Shown: positions 32,152 to 42,216 of the stretch, one piece after another | How positions within the stretch are numbered: position 1 is the stretch's first letter | Layout: every line of letters starts with the position of its first letter | Assembly (NCBI GenBank): GCA_963734545.1 | Contig: CAVTHO010000008.1 | Location: 64,001-128,000, forward strand | Source of the DNA: an uncultured Spirochaetota bacterium | GTDB taxonomy: Bacteria; Spirochaetota; Spirochaetia; SZUA-6; Fen-1364 | Length of the DNA: 64,000 nucleotides | Reading direction: 5' to 3' | Notes under the pieces: generated by a model | The model's database searches: none | What the model was told of the DNA's origin: nothing | What the model saw: only the letters and a program-made list of their open reading frames with translations | Position numbers and translations under genes: made by a program

Positions 32152-34592
32152 GCGTTTTCTCTCCGTGGGGACAAGAGCGGTGCAGCGGTTGGATCGAACA
32201 CCCGATATGCGAGCAGTTTCACGCGGTCATTCACGAGGAACCACACCAGAGCGTAGCCCCAGACGAACAGCGCCCAGCCCCAGCCGAGGGGTGTCATGAA
32301 TAGCCCATATACCGCTATCAAGGTCGCCACGATTTGCGTGCCCACCACCGCCACCCACAGAATCCGCGCTGGGCGATGAGACCAGAACGGACCGCGTGTG
32401 CGTGTCAGGAAAATCGTCAGATGTCCCGCCACGGACAGCTTCAAATACATCAGCGTCTGGACGTGGGCGCGGTCGAGATGAAAGACGCGCTCTCCGAGAT
32501 AGAACAAGCCGAATGCGGAGATGACCCCGGTGATGCCCAGCACCGTGGCGATACCCAGCACGACGCGCATGTTCCAGGCCTCGGGCTGATCCTTGTAGCG
32601 CACGTTGTCATAGGCAATCGACAGGATGGCTCCGTCGTTGAGCAGGGCCAGCATGACGATCATCACCGCAGTCAAGGGATAAAAGTTGAAGACAAGGATC
32701 GCCAGCGTCATGAAAAACAGCACGCGCAGCGTCTCGGCGATGCGGTAGGTCGCGTAGCTGTTCATCCGTTGGAAGATGCGACGGCTCTCCTTGATTGCGT
32801 GAATAATCACCGACAGGCCGGGCGTCAGAAGCACGATGGAGGCCGCCGCGCGCGCCGCGTCTGTGGCACCCGAGACCGCGATGCCGCAGTCGGCCTTCTT
32901 CAGCGCGGGGGCGTCGTTCACCCCGTCCCCGGTCATGCCGACGATATGGCCGCGTTGCTGCAGGACGTCGACGATGTGGAATTTGTGCTCGGGAAACACC
33001 TGGGCAAAGCCGTCCGCTTTCTCGATGGACTCCGCCAACTGCGCCGTTTCGTGATGTTTCGTATCCCCGAAGCCGCTGGCATCGAGGATATCTGCGCCCA
33101 TTCCCAACTTCCCCGCGGTTTCGCGAGCGATGGCCACCTGGTCACCCGTCACCATCTTGACATTGACCCCCATCTGTCGGGCGGTCGCGATTGTCGATTT
33201 GGCTTCGTCCCGGGGCGGGTCGAAAAGCGGCAGGACGCCGAGAAACTGCCATGTGCCTTGCACGTCTGCGCGTGCGACAGCTAACGAGCGGAAACCGCGC
33301 GCTGCAAATTCATTGACCGCCTTCTCAACGGCGTCCTTCACCTGCACGGCGTTAGCCGACAATTCCAGGATCACCTGCGGCGCGCCCTTGGTGACCCTGA
33401 ACTCCTTTCCGTCCACGTCTTTAACGGTGGCTTCGGTGCGCTTATGCACGGGGTCGAATGGCTGGAAATGAACGATCTGGTAGCCTTTCAGACCCTGATC
33501 ATTCTTCAGGCCGCCCAAAACGGCCAGATCGATGGTGTCGTTGTTGTCCGCGCGCGATGCCAGAGCGGCATTGAGGATCACCTGCTCGGCGGGGACGTTG
33601 TTCACGCTGAAAGGGTCTCCCAGCGTCAGCTTGTTCTGGGTCAGGGTGCCGGTCTTGTCCGAGCACAGCACGTCCACACCCGCCAATTCCTCGATGGCCG
33701 CCAACCGGGTCACTATGGCCTCTTTCTTGGCCAGCAGGCGCGCACCGACCGCCATGGTCACGGAAAGCACCGTGGGCATGGCCACGGGAATCGCCGCCAC
33801 CGTCAGAACCAGCGCGAATTGCAGCGTGATGAGCATCGGATCGCCGCGGAAGAGCGCGACGCCCAGAATCAATACCACGAGGCTCACGGCGAGGAGGATC
33901 AGGTAGTTGCCGATCTTCAACACGGCCCGCTGGAAATGGCTGACAGTATGCGCCTCCTGCACCAGTTGCGCGGTCTTGCCGAAGTAGGTATTCGCAGCGG
34001 TGGCGTATACAATCGCATCGATTTCCCCCTGGCGAATGATCGAACCGGAAAACACGGCCTCGCCGGGTCTTCGCGTGGCGGGCAATGATTCTCCCGTCAG
34101 CGCCGACTGATCCACCTCTATCGGGTCACCCTCCAGCAGGCGTGCATCCGCGGGGACAATGTCTCCCAACCGCACGCGGATCACGTCTCCCGGCACTACC
34201 TCCCGCGCCTCCGGGGTGGTCCACTTCCCGTCACGTTTCACCCGGGCTTTGATGGCCAGCTTGGCCTTCAGGGCGGCGATGGCGTTTCCCGCTTGGTGTT
34301 CTTCCCAGAATCCGACCACGGCGTTGGCGAGAAGCAAAACGAGGATGATGGCAAAGTCCGGCCAGTGCCGGGCTACCGCCGAAAGTATCACGGCTACTTC
34401 GATCATCCATGGTATCGGACCCCAGAAGTACGAGAGGAATTTAAGGAAAGGATTGGTTTTCCTTTCTTCAAGCTCGTTCGGACCATATTGGGTCAGCCGC
34501 TTTTGCGCCTCGGCTTGGCTGAGGCCGTCCGCCGTCGCCCCCAGCGCCGCTTGCAGCTCAGGCATGGATAGGGATTTCAGATCGTCTTTCAC
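32148..34592 (-). CDS. Plasma-membrane proton-efflux P-type ATPase (P3A)
   Basis: LTGES, AIPVAMP, DKTGTLT, KGAPQ, TGDGVNDAP, M6 'NDGAILSIAYD'. Confidence 0.93.
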   Translation of the reverse strand: MKDDLKSLSMPELQAALGATADGLSQAEAQKRLTQYGPNELEERKTNPFLKFLSYFWGPIPWMIEVAVILSAVARHWPDFAIILVLLLANAVVGFWEEHQAGNAIAALKAKLAIKARVKRDGKWTTPEAREVVPGDVIRVRLGDIVPADARLLEGDPIEVDQSALTGESLPATRRPGEAVFSGSIIRQGEIDAIVYATAANTYFGKTAQLVQEAHTVSHFQRAVLKIGNYLILLAVSLVVLILGVALFRGDPMLITLQFALVLTVAAIPVAMPTVLSVTMAVGARLLAKKEAIVTRLAAIEELAGVDVLCSDKTGTLTQNKLTLGDPFSVNNVPAEQVILNAALASRADNNDTIDLAVLGGLKNDQGLKGYQIVHFQPFDPVHKRTEATVKDVDGKEFRVTKGAPQVILELSANAVQVKDAVEKAVNEFAARGFRSLAVARADVQGTWQFLGVLPLFDPPRDEAKSTIATARQMGVNVKMVTGDQVAIARETAGKLGMGADILDASGFGDTKHHETAQLAESIEKADGFAQVFPEHKFHIVDVLQQRGHIVGMTGDGVNDAPALKKADCGIAVSGATDAARAAASIVLLTPGLSVIIHAIKESRRIFQRMNSYATYRIAETLRVLFFMTLAILVFNFYPLTAVMIVMLALLNDGAILSIAYDNVRYKDQPEAWNMRVVLGIATVLGITGVISAFGLFYLGERVFHLDRAHVQTLMYLKLSVAGHLTIFLTRTRGPFWSHRPARILWVAVVGTQIVATLIAVYGLFMTPLGWGWALFVWGYALVWFLVNDRVKLLAYRVFDPTAAPLLSPRRENA

Positions 34593-34596
34593 AACG

Positions 34597-34965
34597 TTAC
34601 TCCTCCGGGAGTTTCTCCTCTGGCAGCGCGGGATCAGTCCGGTGACTCTGTTGATCATGCAGCCGCCCGAGGGTGTGCTCGAGCAATCTTGTGAGCTTGT
34701 CCACTGCGCCATCGACGGCCTGCTCCACGGTCGCGGCATGATGAGTGACCGCGGTGGGCTGGTGGTTTTCGAGGCGGGCTTCCATCACGCAGCGCATTGC
34801 GTCCTTGCCGCCTTTCTTGTCGCTGTTCTCATCGCTGAGATGGACTTCCACGCGCGTGATGTGCTCGCTGATATGGCCCAGGGCGCTTTCCACGATGCTG
34901 CTGACGTGGGCGGCCAGCGCCTCGTGACCTGCGATGTTATGGTCGGTATTCACTTGGATCTGCAT
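34597..34965 (-). CDS. HPF/RaiA family ribosome-associated protein (copy 1)
   Basis: MQIQVNTD..ITRVEVHLSDENSDK..RCVMEARL. Confidence 0.88.
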   Translation of the reverse strand: MQIQVNTDHNIAGHEALAAHVSSIVESALGHISEHITRVEVHLSDENSDKKGGKDAMRCVMEARLENHQPTAVTHHAATVEQAVDGAVDKLTRLLEHTLGRLHDQQSHRTDPALPEEKLPEE

Positions 34966-35015
34966 GGTCTTCTCCTTTGTCCTAATCCAGTCACACTAAT
35001 AATTAAATGCTTTTC

Positions 35016-35192
35016 TTACGTTCCGTCTTGTCTCCAATTCCAGTTCCGGATTTCCGGCATGTCTTCGCTGTGCGCGTCAATGTACTTCTTGTGCTCGACC
35101 AGCTTGTCCTGCACCATCCGCTTCAGCATGGCACCGCTCGCGCCCGGCTGCGGAAGACGATCGATCACGTCCTGGACAAGATGGAACCTGTC
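35016..35192 (-). pseudogene. xfp: C-terminal fragment of phosphoketolase
   Basis: Minus frame [40 protein letters not shown] with no upstream gene body. Confidence 0.8.
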
Positions 35193-35210
35193 CGGCGGCG
35201 CGGGGCCAGC

Positions 35211-35390
35211 CTACGCCTCGGGGAGCTGGAAAGAGAACTCCCGCAACACGTGCTCGAAGTAGGCGCTGAATCCGAGGGCATAAAGGCTGCACGCGACAGC
35301 GTGGGCAAACCAGCTCATCCACCCTGAAAGAAAACCGCTCCACTTTGGAAGAGCTTCCTCCCTCGCAAGGCGGATGTCAGAGTTTCCCCA
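35211..35390 (-). pseudogene. Fragment of an APC-family amino acid permease
   Basis: Minus frame IRLAREEALPKWSGFLSGWMSWFAHAVACSLYALGF..*. Confidence 0.55.
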
Positions 35391-35481
35391 TTCATCATCA
35401 TGCTACCTTGGGTGTGAACCGGAATAAAAGAGTCGTGTGCACCCGACGCGACAGAAGCGTGTGAAGGGCGTTACGCGCTCA

Positions 35482-36801
35482 TCACCATCGGAACAGCCGA
35501 CCGAAGAGACCGCTCGGGGGGGCGATTCCGAAAAAGCCCGAGATCAGGCCGGCCAGCTCCTTGCGAAGGATCTGGAAGGAGAAATACTTGCGGGCGATCT
35601 CCACATTCTTCTCCACCATCCGCTGCCTGCGCTCAGGGTTTGAAAGCATTTCCTTGACTTGGGCGAGCACCGGATCGGTCAGGTATCCGTCGATGGTGAT
35701 GAGGTCGAACCCCTTGGGCTCGATGTCAACTATGAAAACGGGGTAGCGATTGACGAGGATCGGCTTGCGGTAGTATATGGCTTCCAGGAACGCATTCCCG
35801 AATCCCTCGAATGTGCTCGGATACGTGACGAGATCGGCATGCGGATAGACGTCCTGCAGGGAAGATGGCCTGCCCTCGCTCCCCGTGTTGGTCACCTCCC
35901 CCTCGAGCTTATCGTGGATGAAATGAAGCGCGACTCCCTGCCTGCCTGCCCATTTCTGAATCCACTCCGCATAAGCAAGTCCTTCGTCCCTGAGGGAGTG
36001 GGAAACGATCAACCTTGCCCGGGGGAGATTCAGCATCTGTACGAGGGAGATCGCCTGCTCTATCCCCTTGCGGTGCACGACGCGCGTCGGCTGGAGGATG
36101 AGAAGGTCCTCGGGGCCGAAACCCATATCGAGCCGGAATTGTCGACCGTTCCGCCGGGGACGGGAAGGCTTTTTTTCGAAATCCATCACGTTGTAAACGA
36201 CGATCCCGGCGACGCTCCGCCTGGCTGCGAGCTCGGCCTGCGCCACCGAGCTGATGACCACGTGTTTGATGGAGGGCAGAACAGGGGGAAACGCCATGTT
36301 GAGCACATCCTGGCAGGCGTTGGAGAGAAAGCGCGTCCTCTCCCAGAAAAAGTCGTGATGATGGGCAATGGTAGGTATGCCGGTTTCCGCAATGACCTCG
36401 GTAATGGCGACCCCCAGCGGAAGATGCATCGGTATGGAGAGGGCATTCTCCGGGATGATCAGGTCGATTTCGAAGCGGTCGAGGAACTCGTAGAGCTTGT
36501 CCTTGAGAAAGTCCTTCTGGCTGTGGAGCGCGTCCGTGAGGAGGCGGCTTCGTTTTTGCGCAGCGAAAAGAGCCCGATTGAGCGCCTCCGTCGGCGGATG
36601 CCCGAAGAAAGCCTCCGGCACGAGCATGCTCGCATCGGGATCACGGTCAAGCTGCCCGGCGAACCAGTATACCCTGTGCCCGAACTCCCTGAGAATCGCG
36701 GCCCATTTCTCGGCTTCGAGCGAGACGCCGTCCAGTCCCTTGAACCTTGTGGACAGGAAGCCCACATTCAGCGACCGATCGTGCCCGGCAGCAACGCGCA
36801 T
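35482..36801 (-). CDS. GT4 glycosyltransferase, mannosylglucosylglycerate synthase (MggS)-like
   Basis: GLDGVSLEAEKW, HHHDFFWER, QPTRVVHRKGIE, YPSTFEGFGNAFLEA. Confidence 0.75.
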   Translation of the reverse strand: MRVAAGHDRSLNVGFLSTRFKGLDGVSLEAEKWAAILREFGHRVYWFAGQLDRDPDASMLVPEAFFGHPPTEALNRALFAAQKRSRLLTDALHSQKDFLKDKLYEFLDRFEIDLIIPENALSIPMHLPLGVAITEVIAETGIPTIAHHHDFFWERTRFLSNACQDVLNMAFPPVLPSIKHVVISSVAQAELAARRSVAGIVVYNVMDFEKKPSRPRRNGRQFRLDMGFGPEDLLILQPTRVVHRKGIEQAISLVQMLNLPRARLIVSHSLRDEGLAYAEWIQKWAGRQGVALHFIHDKLEGEVTNTGSEGRPSSLQDVYPHADLVTYPSTFEGFGNAFLEAIYYRKPILVNRYPVFIVDIEPKGFDLITIDGYLTDPVLAQVKEMLSNPERRQRMVEKNVEIARKYFSFQILRKELAGLISGFFGIAPPSGLFGRLFRW

Positions 36802-36820
36802 GCACCCTCGCTTCCGGTGC

Positions 36821-37234
36821 TCAGAGCACCGCGAACCCCGGGAACAGGAAGTGGAGAAGCGCGACAACCAGTCCGGCAATCCCGACAGGTACCCGGTAGG
36901 TCAGCGCGGTCTTCGAAATCATGCGGATTCGCTCACCGGCCTGTTCTACCCTGACGTGGTGGACTTCGGCGAGCAAGGTCGCTCCGAGAACGATTCCCAT
37001 CAAGGCGGGAAGCAGGTCACCAAGGATGAGGATATGCTCTCCGGGTGAGAGAACGAAAAGCTTGATCACCCCTATGACGAGCGCGCAGATGCCGATTGTG
37101 GTCCGGGCGCCCCTGTTCTCCCGTATCTCCTTGAAGACAGCAAGCCATGCAACTCGTGATGCCAGGTAGTCCCCCGCGAGGGAGAGGCTCGCGATCAGGT
37201 TCGCCAGGATTGAAAGCATGTAGAATTGCGCCAC
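36821..37234 (-). CDS. Hypothetical membrane protein (paralog of 38751-39164)
   Basis: GGAGG RBS before GTG 37234; shares xQFYxLS, GDLLP and LHFLFP with its paralog. Confidence 0.7.
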   Translation of the reverse strand: MAQFYMLSILANLIASLSLAGDYLASRVAWLAVFKEIRENRGARTTIGICALVIGVIKLFVLSPGEHILILGDLLPALMGIVLGATLLAEVHHVRVEQAGERIRMISKTALTYRVPVGIAGLVVALLHFLFPGFAVL

Positions 37235-37487
37235 GAGGACACCTCCTGCCTTTCCCCCACACGATGTGCATGTGCCCGCTCCCGTCGAAGAGAAAAAGGA
37301 ACGGGCACTCCCTCCGGCAAATGTAAGATATCCTGCCCGCGATTTCCATCGTCGGCACACTCTCACGCTGATTTCGCACCGCGGGGCACCTCGGGATTCT
37401 TGTCGGAGAAATTCTACAGACAAAGCGTTCCCGGTTCGACGCGGTCGTGAGACGTGTGCGTGTACAATCGCCCCGGAGGCAAAGGCA

Positions 37488-38309
37488 TTGTACAGAAAAG
37501 CAAGAAGCCTCAGCCGCATGCGGGTACTGACGCCGGATGAAGAAATCGGTCGCTGCCGGGGCGTGCTCTTCGACGATCAATCGTGGTCGGTTCGGCACCT
37601 TGTCGTCGAAACGGGCGAGGAGCTGGGCGCCCGTACTATTCTCATCTCGCCGTCTTTCGTCGACGGTATCGAGGAGGAAAAGGGATCCATCCGCATCTCT
37701 CTCACCAAGGCGCAGGCAGCCGCTCAACCGGACATAGATTCCGACATGCCGGTTTCCCGACTGAAAGAAGCAGAGCACGGGAGAGCCGCGCTCTACATGC
37801 CTTTTTGGAGTGGAAGCGGGGCTCCCCACGGAGAGTTCCTCGTGTCCGACTCCGTCTCGAGTCGGTCGGTGGGCGGCATATCCTCCGGGCGTTCGTTCGA
37901 TCCTCACCTGAGAAGCTCGGAGGAGGTCATGAGGTACCGCGTTCACGCGAGGGACGGGCGCATCGGACGCGTCCGTGACTTCATGGTCGACGAAGCTGAC
38001 TGGCTCATACGGCACATTGAGGTGAGAATCCGCCGCTGGCCTCGCGCCAGGGAAGTCCTTCTCTCGCCCCTCTGGGTAGTGCGGGTCAGCTGGCGTGATC
38101 AAGCGCTGGCCGTTTCTCTCAGCCGGGAGCAGGTCGGGGGTGCGCCGCAATGGAACGCTTCCTCTCAGTCCGTGCGGGACTACGAGACCGGCCTGCTCGT
38201 CAACAGCGCTTTGCCCGCAGCAGAGCCCTGGTTCAGCCCGCCGAAAAGACAGGCAGAGACACCAAAAAAGCGCATCTCAACGGATGATCCGGACAGCGAA
38301 CACAGATGA
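37488..38309 (+). CDS. PRC-barrel domain protein (two repeats)
   Basis: IG....LFDDQSWSVRHLVV and DPHLRSSEEV..DGRIGRVRDFMVDEADWLIRHI. Confidence 0.82.
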   Translation: MYRKARSLSRMRVLTPDEEIGRCRGVLFDDQSWSVRHLVVETGEELGARTILISPSFVDGIEEEKGSIRISLTKAQAAAQPDIDSDMPVSRLKEAEHGRAALYMPFWSGSGAPHGEFLVSDSVSSRSVGGISSGRSFDPHLRSSEEVMRYRVHARDGRIGRVRDFMVDEADWLIRHIEVRIRRWPRAREVLLSPLWVVRVSWRDQALAVSLSREQVGGAPQWNASSQSVRDYETGLLVNSALPAAEPWFSPPKRQAETPKKRISTDDPDSEHR

Positions 38310-38321
38310 CTGCCCCTTCGG

Positions 38322-38729
38322 TCACCTTTTGGTCTTAAACCAGTCAAAAAACCGGGCGCGTTTCGGCTCCGGAGCATTCTGCGGCTCGCGATCCTTCCCG
38401 CCGGACTGCGAGGATTCGTCGATCCCCGCGGAGGCGTCCGAGGCCGCATCGACGACGGACTCCCGGGCGGCGAGTACGCGCTCACGCTGAGCAAGCGCCT
38501 TGTCCTTCTTCTCCAGACCCTTCCGTCTCTGCCGCTGCAGGAACCGACTCACGCAGAGGAAAAGCGAATACACGACTCCGAGAGCAAAGCTCACAAGGGC
38601 GAGCGCCATTGTCGGCACCTCTTCGAACCTGGCGCCGAACAGGCTGAACGAGGTCGTGAATCGGACGTTGAACGCGACGAGCACAGCCAGGAGAACGAGC
38701 AGCACCGCGCTGACAATAGCCTGCACCAT
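38322..38729 (-). CDS. LapA-like small membrane protein (paralog of 19958-20368)
   Basis: Shared LLAVLV.FN..FTTS.SLFGARF..VP.MA.AL.SF. Confidence 0.65.
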   Translation of the reverse strand: MVQAIVSAVLLVLLAVLVAFNVRFTTSFSLFGARFEEVPTMALALVSFALGVVYSLFLCVSRFLQRQRRKGLEKKDKALAQRERVLAARESVVDAASDASAGIDESSQSGGKDREPQNAPEPKRARFFDWFKTKR

Positions 38730-38750
38730 GACGGCTCCCTCTCTGACCTG

Positions 38751-39164
38751 CTACAGGATGACCGCTGCGGGGAAGAGAAAATGAAGAAGACCGACGGCGA
38801 CGCCGACGATTCCGGCAGGGACGCGATAGGTCAACACGGCCTTGGAGAGCTTCTCCCCCTGCGCTCCTCTGCTTTCCACTCTCTGGCGGAACGCCTCGAC
38901 CAGGAGGGCCAGGCCCTGCGCGATTCCCACCAGCGAGGGAAGCAGATCCCCGATGACGGGAACCGAATCTCCCGGGGCCCGCACGAAGAACGTGATCACC
39001 CCGATGCCAACGGCGATCAAGCCAATGACAATCAGTGCAGTCCTGTTCTCGCGCATGCTTTTGAACGACGAGAGAAGCGCGAACCTGTCCCCCAGGTAGT
39101 CCCCTGCGAGGGTAAGGCCGGCAACGATATTGATGAACACTGATAACAGGTAGAATTGAGCCAT
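38751..39164 (-). CDS. Hypothetical membrane protein
   Basis: Four hydrophobic segments; AGGAGG RBS. Confidence 0.7.
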   Translation of the reverse strand: MAQFYLLSVFINIVAGLTLAGDYLGDRFALLSSFKSMRENRTALIVIGLIAVGIGVITFFVRAPGDSVPVIGDLLPSLVGIAQGLALLVEAFRQRVESRGAQGEKLSKAVLTYRVPAGIVGVAVGLLHFLFPAAVIL

Positions 39165-39314
39165 GGCGTGTGTCCTCCTTGCGAAAGAGTATAATCAATT
39201 CGTATTCACCAGATGTCATCAGGGCAATGACTTTGCTGTAGAATTTGCGGGGGTATGCTTCAGTATCGAATCTGCGGCCGAGGTCGGGAATCCAGTCAGC
39301 GGGGCTCCCGAGTC

Positions 39315-41039
39315 ATGAATGCCATATACAAGATTCTCACCAATCTCTACGGAGCCGGGGCCGCCAGAGCGATCCTGCCCGGGATTGAGCGCGCCACAGC
39401 GAACGCCCGCCGCCGGGTGCCGGCAGGACGTGTGACAGGTTTCGATCAGAGCGACAGCGTTCTCATCACCTATGCTGACATCCTCCAGGAGCCGGGAAAA
39501 TCTCCCCTGCAGACATTATGGGAGTTCTGTGAAGAGTACCTTGTGGACGTGACCAGCTGCGTTCACCTCCTCCCATTTTTCCCTTTTTCGTCGGATGACG
39601 GGTTTTCGGTCATCGATTTCCGCGCCGTCGATTCTACGAATGGAACGTGGGAGGACATTGGAAGGTTCCGTCGGAGCTTCCGCCTCATGTTCGACGCGGT
39701 CTTCAATCACGTCTCTGCCCGCAGCGGCTGGTTTCAGGGATTCCTCCGCGACGACTCGGGCGCCCGCAATATGTTCATTGTCGTCCCCGAAGGGAGCGAT
39801 CTTTCGATTGTGGTTCGGCCGCGGTCCCATCCCCTTCTTACCCGGTTCCAGACCCCTTCAGGTCCCAGGCGCGTATGGACGACGTTCAGTCCGGACCAGG
39901 TGGATTTGAACTATGCCAACCCGGAAGTCCTCGCCCGGATCGTGGAAACCCTGTTGTTTTACGTCGAGCACGGCGCGGAGCTTGTCCGTCTGGACGCCAT
40001 TGCATACATCTGGAAAGAAGTGGGGACCCGATGCATAAATCTGCCGCAGGCCCATCTCATTGTGCAGCTCTTTCGGTCAGTGCTCGATGCGGTAGCCCCT
40101 CACGTGGCGCTGGTAACGGAGACGAATGTCCCTCACGAGGAGAATATCTCCTACTTCGGAGACGGGACCAATGAAGCACAGCTCGTTTACAATTTCCCCC
40201 TGCCCCCCCTTGTGCTGCACGCGTTTATCACGGAAAGCGCCGCCGCACTGGCCCGATGGGCGGCTGACCTGTCGCCGCCGTCTCCCTCGACGACCTTCCT
40301 CAACTACCTCGCCTCGCATGACGGAATAGGCGTGGTTCCCGTCAAGACCATCCTTCCCGAGGCCGATATCCAGCTCCTGATAGACAGGACATTGGCGCGC
40401 GGGGGCCTTGTATCGTACAAGGCCGGTACGGACGGAACGCTGAGCCCCTACGAGCTGAACATCAACTACTGGGACGCGCTCGCGGATCCGGGCGGAGAAA
40501 CGCCTCCGGACACGCTCGTCCAGCGATTCCTTGCGGCGCATGGAATCATGCTCGCGCTGCGCGGAGTGCCGGCCATCTATTTCCACAGCCTTTTCGGATC
40601 CACCGGGTGGCCCGAAGGGGTGGCGCTCACCGGCAGCAAGCGCGCGATCAACAGGCAGAAATGCGCACGCTCCCTGCTCGTCGAGGAGCTGCAAGATGTC
40701 GGTTCGCGGCGCGCGCGTGTTTTTTCCGGGCTGAGGCGGCTCCTTGCCGCCCGTTCCTCCTCACGTTGTTTCCATCCGCAGGGGGCGCAGCGGGTGCTGC
40801 CGGCCGAGGGCGCCGTTTTCGCGGTCCTTCGTGTCGCGCCAGACGACACGGACGGGGTGCTTTGCCTGCAGAACGTGTCCGGCAAACAACAGGTCGCGGA
40901 AGTGGACTGGGAGGACATATGGGGATTCGTGCCGAGCGAGCTGAAGGATCTCGTTTCGGGGAGGCTTCTGGCTGTCACAGATTCCCAAGGGGTGGCGCTC
41001 GAGCCATATGAAGTCGCGTGGCTGCAGGCAAAGGTCTAG
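39315..41039 (+). CDS. GH13_18 sugar phosphorylase (glucosylglycerate phosphorylase-like)
   Basis: SSDDGFSV, WTTFSPDQVDLN, RLDA, TETNVPH, SHDGIG, YELN. Confidence 0.85.
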   Translation: MNAIYKILTNLYGAGAARAILPGIERATANARRRVPAGRVTGFDQSDSVLITYADILQEPGKSPLQTLWEFCEEYLVDVTSCVHLLPFFPFSSDDGFSVIDFRAVDSTNGTWEDIGRFRRSFRLMFDAVFNHVSARSGWFQGFLRDDSGARNMFIVVPEGSDLSIVVRPRSHPLLTRFQTPSGPRRVWTTFSPDQVDLNYANPEVLARIVETLLFYVEHGAELVRLDAIAYIWKEVGTRCINLPQAHLIVQLFRSVLDAVAPHVALVTETNVPHEENISYFGDGTNEAQLVYNFPLPPLVLHAFITESAAALARWAADLSPPSPSTTFLNYLASHDGIGVVPVKTILPEADIQLLIDRTLARGGLVSYKAGTDGTLSPYELNINYWDALADPGGETPPDTLVQRFLAAHGIMLALRGVPAIYFHSLFGSTGWPEGVALTGSKRAINRQKCARSLLVEELQDVGSRRARVFSGLRRLLAARSSSRCFHPQGAQRVLPAEGAVFAVLRVAPDDTDGVLCLQNVSGKQQVAEVDWEDIWGFVPSELKDLVSGRLLAVTDSQGVALEPYEVAWLQAKV

Positions 41040-41159
41040 GAAATTCTACAAGAACTTCATTCCACGAATGACACCCCCGGCCGCGGGCGAACGCTACTCT
41101 TGTGAGTGCCGACGCAGTGCTCGGGGAAATGAAGCGAGGATCATTACGAGGTTGAGCAG

Positions 41160-42134
41160 ATGGCGATTGTCATAATCCGCTCTCCCGCCCACAAACCGTG
41201 GAGGAGCAGGGGGACGTATCGGTTGATCGAGGCCGGCCTGAGGCGAAGGTGGGAGAATGTATACTCGATTCGTGCCGCCGACGAAGTGGAGTTGAACGCC
41301 CGCCTGCAGCCCGGCGGTTCCGCTCCTCCTCCTTTCGTTTTCAACATCGCTGAGTACCTTGACGAAAGACACACGCATGGATTCATTCCCGGCCTGCTCG
41401 ATTCATGGGGTATCCCGCATCTCGGCTCATCCGCGGCCTCTGTTTCCAGGTGTCTTGACTGGGGACTGGCCAGGGAACTTCTCTTGCAAAAGGGCTTGCC
41501 GACGCCTCGCTCTTTCGTCACGAAGCCGCCCGATCCGCAGATGCATGCACATGCCGAATCCATAGGATACCCCCTCCTGGTCAAACCCCTGCGGAAGGTC
41601 GGACGAGCGGGGGTCGGCAAAGCCATTCTTGCGCACGACCCCGAAACCCTGAAAGAAGCAGTTCGGCGGCTGTCCCGCACATATCTTCGACCGCTTCTGG
41701 TTGAAGAGTACATCGACGGAGAACACATCCGTGAGTTCAAGGTTGGAGTTGTCGGGAACACGAGGCGCATGCATCTTCCGATCGAGATCGATTGGGCGCG
41801 TATGAGCATGAATGCGCGGATATCAGGCATTGATGCGATGAGGATAGACCCCGAGATCATGAAACCGGTACTGGAATCGGGAACCGCTGCAGCCCTCCAC
41901 GACCTCGCGGACCGAACATTCGACGCGCTGGAGGCATCGGATCTCGCGCGAGTCGACATCCGGGCCAGAGGCGATCAACCGTTCGTACTCGGCATCAATG
42001 TGCTGCCAGGTCTGGGTCCGAGCAGCGTTCTGCCGCTGGCCGCATGGAGACTTTACGGACTGGATCATGGCGATTTCATTCGACTGCTCGCAAAGGAGTC
42101 AATCATGCGCCAGGGTTTGCTCGCTATTGCGTGA
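41160..42134 (+). CDS. D-Ala-D-Ala ligase-like ATP-grasp protein, possibly degenerate
   Basis: GYPLLVKP, LVEEYIDG, ARVDIR, INVLPGL. Confidence 0.75.
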   Translation: MAIVIIRSPAHKPWRSRGTYRLIEAGLRRRWENVYSIRAADEVELNARLQPGGSAPPPFVFNIAEYLDERHTHGFIPGLLDSWGIPHLGSSAASVSRCLDWGLARELLLQKGLPTPRSFVTKPPDPQMHAHAESIGYPLLVKPLRKVGRAGVGKAILAHDPETLKEAVRRLSRTYLRPLLVEEYIDGEHIREFKVGVVGNTRRMHLPIEIDWARMSMNARISGIDAMRIDPEIMKPVLESGTAAALHDLADRTFDALEASDLARVDIRARGDQPFVLGINVLPGLGPSSVLPLAAWRLYGLDHGDFIRLLAKESIMRQGLLAIA

Positions 42135-42216
42135 GGATGCGTCCCGGAGCCATCCTCCTGAGCGTCAAGCTGTTGTCTCTCCATCTCGGCCCAGCCGAAT
42201 ACACGCGGGGACAGCG

